Source of the DNA: an uncultured Methanomicrobiaceae archaeon
GTDB taxonomy: Archaea; Halobacteriota; Methanomicrobia; Methanomicrobiales; Methanoculleaceae
DNA length: 64,000 nt
NCBI GenBank assembly: GCA_963826525.1
Contig: CAWGXH010000004.1
Location: 192,001-256,000, forward strand
Direction of reading: 5' to 3'
Within the stretch, counting starts at the first letter, position 1. Each line of letters opens with the position of its first letter. The notes under the pieces were generated by a model. It was not told where the DNA came from and searched no databases. It saw nothing but the letters and a program-made list of their open reading frames with translations. Below, piece by piece: positions 25,751-36,031 of this stretch. Both the position numbers and the translations under genes were made by a program.

Positions 25751-26800
25751 AAGGATGCAGCGGCAATATCCTGTACCTCGCGACGGAGAGTCTGCGTAAC
25801 CGGTCCGTTCAGGGGCAGGCTTTTACGGAGAAGAGATTGGCAGTCCGGTCCGGGAAACAGGGTATGGAGGTTGCGGAATCGGAGGACGGCCTGTACGGCG
25901 CTGTGAGCACGGAGAGAGGGTATACCTCTTTAATCAGAACGGAACGATGCTCTGGAGCCGTCCTGTTTCCTCCGGCAGGAGCGTTGCTATCTCGCCCGAA
26001 GGCACGTACATCGTAAGCGGAGGTGACCGTCTCCTGCTATTGACCGGAGTGGTGAGGTGCGCTGGAGTTACACCCGGAGTCCCGAGTACGGAGTGTAGCC
26101 GCCGGTGCGGACGCACATACCATCTGTGCAGGCACCGATACCACTCTCTTGGCATTTTCGCTAGACGATGGGCGCAGGAATGCCATATCTCGTGGTCGGT
26201 CGACGTTCAGGACAGAATAGAGAGTATATCGAGGAGAGAGGGATCAGGGATCGTCGCCGGCACCGAATCGGGCAACGTCTGCTTCTTCATGCGATGGCCA
26301 GCTCTCTGGACATATCGGACAGGCAGTGGCCTATCCGGGCTGGTATCTCCCATGACGGTCCACCGTCGCCGTGGCTCGACTCGGATGTCCGTACTCTTTT
26401 AACAGGATGGACGCCTTCTCTGGAAGCTCGGCGAGTGAGAGAGTTACGGACATATCAATCTCCGCAGACGGTTCAACCATCGGCTTGCAAAGGAGGCATC
26501 TCCGCCCGCACAGGGACGGAGATGTCCTGTGGACGTAATGACGAAGCGGATACCAGATGTGTCTCCGTCTCCCGACGCTGCGCATCTCATCGCCGGTGCG
26601 GTTGACGGCACGGCGCGCAGTTCAAACTGCAACCGGGGACATCATCTGTCGGACAGTCCGCACACCCGCACCTGACACCCTCCGACCGAAGAAACCCTGC
26701 AGAACACCACTGCCTTCCCAACTGACTGGATACCCCAAAAGCAAGAGGCGGCACCCGCCCGACTGCACCGCTCGCCGTGAGTGCATGCCTGGCCATGCTG
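25750..26800 (+). CDS. WD40/PQQ-like beta-propeller protein (fragmented by errors)
   Basis: Fragments LWSRPVSSGRSVAISPEGTYIVSGGDRLLLL, GIVAGTESGNVCFF, LWTYRTG; boundaries approximate. Confidence 0.45.
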
Positions 26801-26832
26801 ACATACAGAAGAAGAAAAGGAATGGCCTGACC

Positions 26833-27560
26833 ATGCCCGACGGAGAAGAGATGGATGCTCCACCTGCTGCCTGATGAACCAGACGCTCGAAGAAGCTGAG
26901 TCGTTCTGCCCCCATACAAATCTGGTGGAGATCTCCGACGGCATTCATTCTCTCTTTTTATCCGAAGAGATCTGCGATCGTTCGACCTCCGGTATACGGT
27001 GCATGCACCCTGCGCCGATATCAATATCGCATCGGAGAATGAACGATTGCGGAAGGCAGCCATCACAGTAATCGCCGATCTGGCCACAATTTGCGACAGG
27101 ATAGGAGCAGAACGGATGGTTATTCTCGGGACGCATATGGGGAGAGGAGATGCGGAGCGTCTCCCAGAAAGCCCTTGAAAACTCGCTGATAGACCTGAAA
27201 AGACTACAGGAAGACCGGAACGTCCGACTCACCATCGAGAATATGGGATCGTGGGACTCCTACTTATTCAGGGAGCCGGCGTTTCTGGACCGGCTGGCCG
27301 ATCTCAACCTCGGCTTTACCCTTGATGTGGGGCATGCTCATGTGAACGGCCTCCTTGAAACGTTTCTGGAACGCGGGGGGGCAGTTCTGCTCATCTGCAC
27401 GACAACAGGGGATACAGCGACGACCATCTGGCATGCGGGGAAGGGAGTATCGATTTCGAGCCGGTCATGCGGTCGCTCCCCGCAAATGCCACGAAGATAG
27501 TAGAACCCATGGAACTGCAACACTATTTCAGTGAGTCTCGAACACCTGACGTCACTCTCG
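26833..27560 (+). CDS. Sugar-phosphate isomerase/epimerase (xylose isomerase-like TIM barrel), frameshifted
   Basis: LTIENMG, GFTLDVGHAHVNG, HLHDN.G..DDHL..G.G.IDF motifs spread across frames; boundaries approximate. Confidence 0.7.
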
Positions 27561-27745
27561 GGTGATCTTGCTCGATCGATCCGGCGCCCCCGGCCGATCA
27601 ACTGTTCCACGGCTTTTTGAAACTCAAGGAAAGACAGTGAGATTTCCTGGCTCTCCAAACCCCGGATACGCGTTCGCGCCGCGCGACGAGACGGTGCGCC
27701 CTCCCGCATCCAGGCGAAGGTGCCAGTAGGTCACGTCCGCGGCGT
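27560..27745 (-). pseudogene. Truncated paralog of the adjacent hypothetical gene
   Basis: 27661-27738 closely repeats 27854-27930 (DVTYWHLRLDAGGRTVSSRGANAYPG), then diverges; the 5' part is missing. Confidence 0.6.
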
Positions 27746-27756
27746 GAAATATGAGG

Positions 27757-28191
27757 TTATGGCAGGGAGTGCCTGTGGCTGCACGTATCGATCAGGGAGG
27801 AGAGAGCGGTGAGGAGCGCTGTAAACGATTCCGACGGTTCGTCGGAACCGGTGCCGGGGTACGCATTCGCACCGCGCGACGAGACGGTGCGCCCTCCCGC
27901 ATCCAGGCGGAGGTGCCAGTAGGTTACGTCGCAGCAGGCGTGAACACCGTCGTACTCGCTCTCCCAGTCCCAGACACCAATCCGCTCAAGCGCTGCGAAG
28001 AATGTCTCCCAGGCATCTCGATCGGGGTCGAGCTCGAGGACGTCTCCCGAGTACCTCCCTCCCGGTGTCCGTTCACAGATGAGCGTATCCCCCTCCAGGC
28101 GGAGATACAGCGACGGCCCCCCGCTGCCGCCAAGATAGAAGACAAAAAAGGACGGGGGCGGATGCCCGGTATTCCGGCCGGATGGTTCCAT
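27757..28191 (-). CDS. Hypothetical protein
   Basis: 144-aa ORF with protein-like composition (LERIGVWDWESEY...SSRGANAYP). Confidence 0.7.
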   Translation of the reverse strand: MEPSGRNTGHPPPSFFVFYLGGSGGPSLYLRLEGDTLICERTPGGRYSGDVLELDPDRDAWETFFAALERIGVWDWESEYDGVHACCDVTYWHLRLDAGGRTVSSRGANAYPGTGSDEPSESFTALLTALSSLIDTCSHRHSLP

Positions 28192-28206
28192 ACGGATATG
28201 TTCCGC

Positions 28207-28981
28207 CTACAGCAGTATAAGGGCGACGAAACCTGCGGCAGAGAGTGCCATCAGGACGAACCCGACCCCGTCAACGGCACCGAAACCGACCTCACGCAGA
28301 GGCGTCCGGGTTCCGTTCCGGTACCCCCGCAGGTCGATCGTCAGGCCAAGGACGTTCGCTTTCCCGAGAGAGTTTGAGACCAGCGGGATGATCACCGGGA
28401 AGAGACTCCTGATCTTTCCTGCGAGCCCCTTCCCCGGCGCATATGCCCGGGCAAGCTGTGCTTCGTGAATCCGCTTTCCCTCGAGCCTGAAGGCTCGGGA
28501 TAAACCGCAGCGCGATCAGGAACATGAGGGTATAGTCGATCGGCATGTGAAGTTTGTCCATCACCTGCACGAGGTCGCGGGGCTGCGTGGAGACGATGAA
28601 GAGCTGGAAGGCAAAGATCATCGCAACGAACCGCAGGGTCATCGAGGCCGCAAGGTCGACGGCTCCCATAGTGATCGGGATATACCCGCCGAAGATCGGG
28701 ATCAGGTACCCGAGCACCTCGCCGCTCTGCAGGGTCAGTACCGTCAGGATGAGCAGGCTGACGGCGAGGGATATGAGGAGGGGCACCTGCCGCAGGAGCT
28801 CGCGGGCAAGGCCGCTCACCGCTGCTGCGATCAGGATCAGGCCGACGAGCAGCGTGAGTGCCGGAACCTCGGTCAGGATGACGGCGAGGACGACCACAAG
28901 CCCGGTGAAGACGACCTTGGTCATGGGGTTTAAACGGTGGAAGTAGCTGTCCCTGTTGATATACTGCATAATTTCTGGCAT
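28207..28981 (-). CDS. ecfT: ECF transporter transmembrane T component (frameshift ~28485)
   Basis: FHRLNPMTK, IALRFIP, EAQLARA, DLRGY coupling motifs. Confidence 0.9.
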
Positions 28982-31032
28982 GCAATCTCCTCAAAGTTCC
29001 GGACGTCCCGGAGAATGATTCCGTCTTCCATTGCAATGATACGGTCGGCATACTCACGCACGAGCCGCATGTTGTGAGTGACCATCAGGATGGTGCACCC
29101 CTCCCTCTGGAGCCGCTGGACGATCTCCATCACGCGCTGCGTCTCCCGGGCATCGAGTCCGGTCGTCGGCTCGTCGAGAACGATCACCTTCGGGCGCATG
29201 GCGATGACGCAGGCGAGGGCAAGGCTTTGGCGTTCTCCACGGCTGAGCGAGCGGGGATACTGGTTCCGGTGATCGGCGAGGCCGACCTCTGCGAGGACGG
29301 CATCGATCAGTTCCCGGTGATCGGCAAGCCCGATGTTCGAAAGGCCGAACGCGATCTCCTCCTCCACTGTCTCGGCAAAGAGCATGGTATCGGGGTTCTG
29401 GAAGACGAGGCCGACGTGCCGGGCGAGCTCCGTCACCGGTGTCGTGGCCGCATCGAGCCCGTCGACAAGAACGGTGCCCTCGGTCGGCCTGAGCAGCCCG
29501 TTGAGATGCTTGACAAGAGTCGTCTTCCCGGAGCCGTTTTCACCGACGATGGCAACGATATCGCCGGGAAGTATCTCGAGGTCCACGCCTGCAAGAGCAG
29601 TCGCCTCTCCATACCGGTGGACAAGCCCGCGGATGGTTATAATCGGACTGATGCCCGCGGATGGCTGCGCAGGGGCGGACATCGGAGCAGCAGGGAGAAT
29701 TTCGGGCTCGGGTGCATCGTCGACCTCGATGAGGCTTCTGACACGCTCGCTCTTCAGCAGGACGTCCGGGGCTCCCTCGGCCGCGATTTTTCCGTCCTCT
29801 ATCAGGATCATGCGGTCGGCCAGCCGGGAGAGTTCATCGACTTTGTGCTCGACGATCACGATCGTCTTTCCTTCCTCCTTCAGGCGCTGCAGGATCCCGA
29901 GGATGGCCTCGGTGGCGATTGTATCGAGTTCCGCCGTGGGTTCGTCGAGGATGAGGAGATCCGTTCCGAGCGCCAGCGTGGCTGCGATCGTAACCCGCTG
30001 CTTCTGGCCGCCCGAGAGGGTGTGCGGTGCACGTTCCAGCAGGTGGGCGATACCGGTGACATCGGTGACGTAGTCCATCCGTCTCTGCATCTCGGCACGG
30101 TCGAGCCCCTGATTCTCAAGACCCGAGACCACTTCTTCCTCGACCGTGGTGAAGATGAGCTGGGCGTCGGCATCGTCGAAGACGACCCCGACCTTTTTCC
30201 CGATCTCACCCATATCCCGGTAGGCCGCGACGTCCTTTCCGGCGATGCTGAGATTGCCGGCAAACGCGCCGCCGTATTCGTGGTAGAGAATGCCGGACGC
30301 GGCAAGGCAGAGCGTTGTCTTCCCGGCACCGGTCGGGCCGGTGACGAGAAGGCACTCCCCCCGCGCGACGTCGAGGTCGATGCCGGCAAGGGCGGGACGC
30401 GTCCCCTGCGGGTAGGTGTAGGATACGTTGCTCATGCTGATCGGCGCATCGGCCTTCGGATTCCTGACGGCCGGGCTGGAGTTCCCCTCGCCGCCGCCCG
30501 GCGCAAGGCGGTACTGTGTCCGCATCAGGACGCGGGATGCAGGCATGTAGAGGGCCTGTGCGACCACCCCGTTGGCACCTGCAGCCAGCAGGACGATCGG
30601 CACCGTGACGATCAGGAACGCATCGATTGTGCCGTACTTCCCGACGATGACCGGGTACTGGGCCATAATGGCAATGGCAACGAACGTGAGGCCGCTTGCC
30701 AGCGTGGCGATGAAAGTCGTTATCGCAGGCGCCACGACGATACGGTCGCGGAGCAGGAGAATGACACCAAGGCAGACGATTGCCCCGATAGGTTCGCTGA
30801 TCAGGTTTCCGGGCGGGAAGACCGAGTGGCTGATCAGGGCACAGACGACTCCCGAGACGATACCGATGCCGACTGCTTCCTTCACCGTCGGTATGATGAG
30901 GATGATGGCAAGGCAGTAGAAGGCAATAACCAGGTTCGAGACGATGGGTCCCGGCACCAGGAGGGAGAGGTATCTCACGATCGCCCCGATGGCGAGGAGG
31001 ATACCGACGATTGCTATATCTCGTGATTTCAT
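28930..31032 (-). CDS. ECF S component (TrpP-like) fused to two ABC ATPase domains
   Basis: Hydrophobic N-terminal ~170 aa, then GPTGAGKT/LSGGQKQR/DEP and GENGSGKT/LSRGERQ/DEP; the TrpP assignment is from recalled family resemblance. Confidence 0.85.
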   Translation of the reverse strand: MKSRDIAIVGILLAIGAIVRYLSLLVPGPIVSNLVIAFYCLAIILIIPTVKEAVGIGIVSGVVCALISHSVFPPGNLISEPIGAIVCLGVILLLRDRIVVAPAITTFIATLASGLTFVAIAIMAQYPVIVGKYGTIDAFLIVTVPIVLLAAGANGVVAQALYMPASRVLMRTQYRLAPGGGEGNSSPAVRNPKADAPISMSNVSYTYPQGTRPALAGIDLDVARGECLLVTGPTGAGKTTLCLAASGILYHEYGGAFAGNLSIAGKDVAAYRDMGEIGKKVGVVFDDADAQLIFTTVEEEVVSGLENQGLDRAEMQRRMDYVTDVTGIAHLLERAPHTLSGGQKQRVTIAATLALGTDLLILDEPTAELDTIATEAILGILQRLKEEGKTIVIVEHKVDELSRLADRMILIEDGKIAAEGAPDVLLKSERVRSLIEVDDAPEPEILPAAPMSAPAQPSAGISPIITIRGLVHRYGEATALAGVDLEILPGDIVAIVGENGSGKTTLVKHLNGLLRPTEGTVLVDGLDAATTPVTELARHVGLVFQNPDTMLFAETVEEEIAFGLSNIGLADHRELIDAVLAEVGLADHRNQYPRSLSRGERQSLALACVIAMRPKVIVLDEPTTGLDARETQRVMEIVQRLQREGCTILMVTHNMRLVREYADRIIAMEDGIILRDVRNFEEIACQKLCSISTGTATSTV

Positions 31033-31096
31033 ATTCGATCGTTAGGTTGGGATATTCGGATAGCGATGCGGGCTATGGAGTGAACGGTAAGAAAAA

Positions 31097-31189
31097 TCAC
31101 CAGGGACGCCAGCGAGGCTGTGAGACCGGCCGTTTGACAGGGGAGGCCATCCGGCACACTGCATGGGAGCCGGAAGATATCGGGCACAT
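31097..31189 (-). CDS. Putative Trp-containing leader peptide MCPISSGSHAVCRMASPVKRPVSQPRWRPW
   Basis: ATG at the predicted TSS; two TGG codons in the last four; stop followed immediately by TTTTTCTT. Confidence 0.6.
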   Translation of the reverse strand: MCPISSGSHAVCRMASPVKRPVSQPRWRPW

Positions 31190-31204
31190 TACATTATGAA
31201 ACAT

Positions 31205-31222
31205 CTATGTATAAACTTGTAC
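31205..31222 (-). promoter_or_regulatory. TATA box for the uORF/ECF operon
   Basis: TTTATACA at 31215-31208 (minus strand); its 5' end is 26 nt upstream of ATG 31189. Confidence 0.65.
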
Positions 31223-31310
31223 ATTTGAGTATATATAATCACCTCTTTGCTGTCGCACTATCGTGGCGATCTGTGGGGCTGCCGCAAAAATAGATTGACC
31301 TGATGAAGCG

Positions 31311-31940
31311 TTACCGGTGACGCATCGCCAGCAGTGCGCCCGCAGCAATCAATGCGGCAATGGTGCCGGCAAGCGGGGCAGGAACCGGTGTCGGCTCAGG
31401 AGTCGCCACCGTCGTCTCCGGCGTGGCGGTCGGTGACGGTGTTGGTGCAGGAGTGAGCTCCGCCGGAGGTTCGGTAGCCGGCGTCTCGACGGCACCGACC
31501 GACCCGGGCCCAATCAGGATGACCGGAGTAACGACGTACGAGTGGCCGGCAAGATCCCTGCGATCGACAGGTGCATCGACAACGTACACCGAGTAGGTTC
31601 CACCGTCAAGACCGGTGCCGACCGTATCCCACTTCACGGACCAGGTGTTGTCCGCCAGAACCGGGGCCGTGGTAAAGGTGCCGGGCTCTCCGGTAATGAC
31701 GGGGTCAAAGGGCTTCTCCAGGCTTCCTCCGCCCGCCGGGAGATTCGGACCGGTCACGAAGAGATAGACCGTATCGCTTCCGGTGCTCGTCCCCGACAAG
31801 GGAATCTCTTCACCGAGGTACGCAGTAACACTCTGCTCTGCGCTTACGGGCAGCACCACCCCGGCGGCGAGGATGAGGAGCAGGACGCAGGCAGATGCCC
31901 ACGGCACACCGCTCCCGACAGGTCTCAACAGAAGGCGCAT
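31311..31940 (-). CDS. Secreted/surface protein with Pro/Thr linker and C-terminal membrane anchor
   Basis: Signal peptide ...VVLPVSA, YLFVTGPNLP, GTYSVYVV, PT-rich stalk, TM helix plus RHR tail. Confidence 0.8.
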   Translation of the reverse strand: MRLLLRPVGSGVPWASACVLLLILAAGVVLPVSAEQSVTAYLGEEIPLSGTSTGSDTVYLFVTGPNLPAGGGSLEKPFDPVITGEPGTFTTAPVLADNTWSVKWDTVGTGLDGGTYSVYVVDAPVDRRDLAGHSYVVTPVILIGPGSVGAVETPATEPPAELTPAPTPSPTATPETTVATPEPTPVPAPLAGTIAALIAAGALLAMRHR

Positions 31941-31980
31941 AACAACTACACGGGTGCCGCCACCCAGATGAAGATTTCCA

Positions 31981-33189
31981 TCACCGCAGACCGACCCGGT
32001 ATCCTGCCTCTGATAGCACCGTTTCAATCTCGCGGATATGCTCATATCCCCGGGTCTCCATCTCGATATCCACACGGGACGCGAAGAGGGAAAGTTCCCT
32101 GCCGTGCCTGGCGTGTTGAATCGTGAGGATATTTGCACGAAGACGGGTCAGGAGGGAGAGCAGTCCGACAAGCGCCCCGGGTTCGTCCTGCAGGCAGACC
32201 GAAAACCGCATGATTCTTCCCGTCTCGAGGAGCTGCCGACGGAGAACCCGGTCGAGGATCAGCGGGTCGATGTTGCCGCCGCTGATGACGGGAACTACCC
32301 GGCTTCCTTGCGGAACCCGGATACTGCCGTTCAGCAGAGCCGCGAGCGAAACGGCACCGGCACCTTCGGCAAGCACCTTCTTCCGCTCGAGGAGGTGGAT
32401 GACGGCAGTAGCGATCTCCTCCTCGGTGACGAGAACTATCTCGTCGACCAGGTGCCGGATCACGGGGAACGTCTCCTTCCCTACCTGCCTGACCGTGATC
32501 CCGTCCGCAATGGAGTACTCGGGATCGATGCTGACCCGCTCACCGGCCCGGCACGCTTCGCAGGCGGAGGGGCATGCCGCAGTCTCGACACCGATGATCC
32601 GGACGGCCGGGTTGATCCCCTTGACGGCGGTGGCAAGACCGGCGGCGAGGCCGCCTCCGCCGATGGGGACGATGACGACGTCGGGTTCGGACAGATCCGA
32701 AAGGATCTCAAGGCCGACGGTTCCCTGACCGGCAATAACGAGAGGGTCATCGTAGGGGTGGATATAAAAAAGACCTTCCCGGTCGGCCATCTCCTCTGCT
32801 ATCGCCAGGCTCTCGGCCAGCCGCTCTCCCCGCAGAAGCACCCGGGCGCCGTAACTCCGGGTCGCCTCCTGCTTTGCGAGCGATGCGCTCTCCGGCATGA
32901 CGATCGTTGCCGGAATACCGATCTCCCTGGCGGCAAGGGCAACTCCCTGCGCATGATTTCCCGCCGAGGCCGTGATGACACCGCCCGGCCCGATCGCATC
33001 ACGGCGGGCGAGGATGGCATTGGTTGCTCCGCGGATCTTAAACGACCCGGTCTTCTGCAGATTTTCGAGTTTGAGATAGACCTCTGCGCCGGTCATCCGG
33101 GAAAAACTCGGGGAGTGGATGAGCGGGGTAGCAATGACCCTTCCCCGCAGCCGCTCTGCAGCAAGGCGGACGTCATCCAGGGAGACCAT
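31981..33189 (-). CDS. ilvA: Threonine/serine ammonia-lyase with C-terminal ACT domain
   Basis: KLENLQKTGSFKIRGA, SAGNHAQG, PIGGGGL, ISGGNID. Confidence 0.9.
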   Translation of the reverse strand: MVSLDDVRLAAERLRGRVIATPLIHSPSFSRMTGAEVYLKLENLQKTGSFKIRGATNAILARRDAIGPGGVITASAGNHAQGVALAAREIGIPATIVMPESASLAKQEATRSYGARVLLRGERLAESLAIAEEMADREGLFYIHPYDDPLVIAGQGTVGLEILSDLSEPDVVIVPIGGGGLAAGLATAVKGINPAVRIIGVETAACPSACEACRAGERVSIDPEYSIADGITVRQVGKETFPVIRHLVDEIVLVTEEEIATAVIHLLERKKVLAEGAGAVSLAALLNGSIRVPQGSRVVPVISGGNIDPLILDRVLRRQLLETGRIMRFSVCLQDEPGALVGLLSLLTRLRANILTIQHARHGRELSLFASRVDIEMETRGYEHIREIETVLSEAGYRVGLR

Positions 33190-33216
33190 ACAGGGAAGAT
33201 GGCACGCTTCGCTCTA

Positions 33217-34235
33217 TTACTCTTTCGCCATGCTCACGGCACCGTGCGGGAGCTCATCCCCGATGCCGGAGAACTGCCGGGTCAGAGCACGGGTGCTCCT
33301 GGCGGGGATGCCGGCAGCAGGATCGAACCGGCGGCCGGCGAGCGCTGCAAAGACCTCTGCGACCGCCTCTCCGCACAACAGGCCGTACCCCCCTCAAGGA
33401 TGAAGGCAATGCCGCCGTCGTAGACGTCCATGATATCCTGGGTCATCCGCCCGTAATCTGCCGGCAGAAGACGCATCGAACCGAGAGGGTCGTCGGCGGA
33501 CGCATCAAACCCCGCCGATACCGCCACGATATCGGGTTTGAATCCCTCCAGAGCCGGACAGACAACCCGCTCGAAGACCAGGTCGTAGTCGGCACCACTG
33601 CAGCCCCACTCGAGGGGGAGATTGACCGTATACCCGGTGCCGGCGCCCGTCCCCCGCTCCTGCGGCCATCCGGTGCCGGGAAAGATCCCGGCCTGGTGCA
33701 CCGAGAGGTAGAGCACCCGATCGGTTGCAAAGAAGGCCTGCGCCGTGCCGTTGCCGTGGTGGACGTCCCAGTCGACGATGGCGACCCTCGGTGTCCCGCG
33801 AAGAGCCCCCGATACGGCGACGGCAATATTGTTGAAGAGGCAGAACCCCATCGCCCGCGTCCGGGTCGCATGATGTCCCGGCGGCCGCACGAACGCGAAT
33901 GCGTGGTCACCCTCCCGTGCCCGTTCGACCGCGAGACCGGCTGCTCCGGCGGCGGCGAGCGCGACCTCGAACGACCGCGACGTGACGTAGGTGTCGACGT
34001 CGAGGTAACAGACCTCTCCGGGGGGACAGCGGGCGGAATAATTCCGTACAGCGGCAACATGCTCTCCCGTATGCACGCGGAGGAGGTCATCCGGCGTCAC
34101 CGGATCGGCTTTGATCCGCTGCACATCTCCGGGCACGCCGCCGAGTGCACGCTCGAGACGTGCTTGCGACTCGGGATGGCAGGGGTCGTTATGGAGAGCG
34201 AAGATCGCATCCGTGATCGCATAGCAGGCAGGCAT
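33217..34235 (-). CDS. Histone deacetylase-family (AcuC/AphA-like) amidohydrolase (frameshift ~33390)
   Basis: HPE, RPPGHHA, GFCLFNN, DWDVHHGNG, SAGFDA, LEGG(Y). Confidence 0.9.
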
Positions 34236-34294
34236 GACCGGAGGTACCCGGACGACTACTTGAACCTATGCCGGAGAGGAAAAAGGCGGGGAAA

Positions 34295-34822
34295 TTAGTT
34301 TTTAAGGCAGGCAATCGCCGTATCGACGATTGAACCGAGTTCTTCGACCGTGAACCTCTCCGAAGAGAGCACGAGGTCATAGGGCGAGCAGTCGTTGATG
34401 TCGATATCGTAGTATCCAAGATAGCGTTCAGCCTCGCACCGCTGCCGCTCGAGGGTCTTTTCCCGGGCAGCCTCTTCACCGAGCTGGTCCCGGCCGGAGA
34501 TCCGTTCTGCCCGGCAGTGGAGCGAAGCGTTCAGCCAGATCTTCAGGTCGGCGTTCTCCACCATCCACCCCGAGAGTCTGCCTTCCACCACAATATCGTG
34601 GGAGCTCTCGCCAATCTCCTTCTGGCGGGCATCGATCATCCTATCGACCGACGGATCACGTTTCGCATACTCACCGAACGCGGAGAGATCCATCTCATGC
34701 TCGCGTGCGAGCTGGCGGAATACCTCACCGGCGGATATGAATGCGAGACCGTACTTCTCTGCAAGATACTTTGCAAGCGATGTCGTCCCGCTGCCGGGCG
34801 GCCCGCTCACGGTGATACGCAT
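34295..34822 (-). CDS. cmk: Cytidylate kinase
   Basis: MRITVSGPPGSGTTS, EGRLSGW; canonical position in the spc operon tail. Confidence 0.93.
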   Translation of the reverse strand: MRITVSGPPGSGTTSLAKYLAEKYGLAFISAGEVFRQLAREHEMDLSAFGEYAKRDPSVDRMIDARQKEIGESSHDIVVEGRLSGWMVENADLKIWLNASLHCRAERISGRDQLGEEAAREKTLERQRCEAERYLGYYDIDINDCSPYDLVLSSERFTVEELGSIVDTAIACLKN

Positions 34823-35449
34823 CAGAGGCCTCCGATGTTGAGCGCCTTTCTGATCACCTGACTGATGGTGAGCGAGCAGATCATGTACCAGAGGATCCAT
34901 GCCGGAACAACCCAGAACGCGTTCGCCGCAAGGGCGACCTTCCCGAGGAAGGGGAGCACGATGGCGTTCGTAAGATTGAGGACATCAGACGCTCCGGTAT
35001 GGGGTAGCCTGAAGATGAGCCAGAAGAAGATAGGAACCGACAGCAGGAGAATGATCGCCATCGGCTGAAACTGCTGCTTGGACATCTCCATTTGATCCTG
35101 CATCATCCGGTCGCGCTTTCCTTCGAGTTTCTTGATCTTCTTCTCATCGCCGGAGAGACTGCGCCTCGCGGAAGTCCTTCTGGAAATCCTTCATCTTCGC
35201 CTGCACATCCTGCATCCGCTCGTAGTTAATGGTATACTTCTGGACGAGCGACGAGTAGACACCGGTCATGCCGGAGAGAATCATGATAACCACGAAGAAA
35301 GGCACCCCGTAGACATCGAGCAGCGGTCCGAGCAACGTATTCATCGCTGAGCCGACTCCCTGCCGTATCGGTTCGACACTGTAGGAGAGCATCACGAGGA
35401 GGGTAAAGAGGAGGGCAATCGTTGCACTATGTTTCTTCAGGTCTACCAT
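34822..35449 (-). CDS. DUF106 (EMC3/TMCO1/Oxa1-superfamily) membrane protein (frameshift ~35155)
   Basis: TM - coiled coil (MQDVQAKMKDFQK) - QFQPM - WILWYMICS...IRKALNIG; lies between adk and cmk. Confidence 0.88.
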
Positions 35450-35455
35450 AACGTG

Positions 35456-36031
35456 TTACCTCAGCACCTCGACCATCTCGGCGACGGCCCTGTCGAGGAG
35501 GTAATTTTCATTTCGGATAATCTTGATCGTGCAGCCGGTATACATCGCATACGCCGCAGATACCGAACGGTTGAACTGCTGGTGCTCCGCTATGGAGCGG
35601 CTGCCCTCCATATCGCGGACACGCGACTCGTCACCGAGGCGCCGGAGCAGAATCTGATCCTCATCGGTCTCGACGAGCACAATCACGTCGGGCATCAGTT
35701 CGCGCAGCACCCACTCGGGGAGCCCTGCAAGATACCCCTTCGGGGTCTTCACGCTGCTATGCGTATCGATGATCACGTTTGCGGTGCCGCTGATCGTTGC
35801 AATACCGGAAGCTGCCCCGCTCTGCAGGCGCTTCTGCACGTCCCGGTCGAGTCTGCGCATCTCGTCGCGGTTGCTGGCAAGTTTCTCTTTCTCAGCAAGC
35901 TCGAACATGAACGTGCCAAAATTGATCGATTCGTAGGTGATTCCCTCGCTTGAGAGTTTCTCCATCGCACCGGTGATAACGGTGGTCTTCCCGACACCGG
36001 GAACCCCCGTAACGACGACTTTCTTTCCCAA
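35456..36031 (-). CDS. adkA: Archaeal adenylate kinase
   Basis: VTGVPGVGKTT, DTH, GYLAGLP; TTG start. Confidence 0.95.
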   Translation of the reverse strand: MGKKVVVTGVPGVGKTTVITGAMEKLSSEGITYESINFGTFMFELAEKEKLASNRDEMRRLDRDVQKRLQSGAASGIATISGTANVIIDTHSSVKTPKGYLAGLPEWVLRELMPDVIVLVETDEDQILLRRLGDESRVRDMEGSRSIAEHQQFNRSVSAAYAMYTGCTIKIIRNENYLLDRAVAEMVEVLR

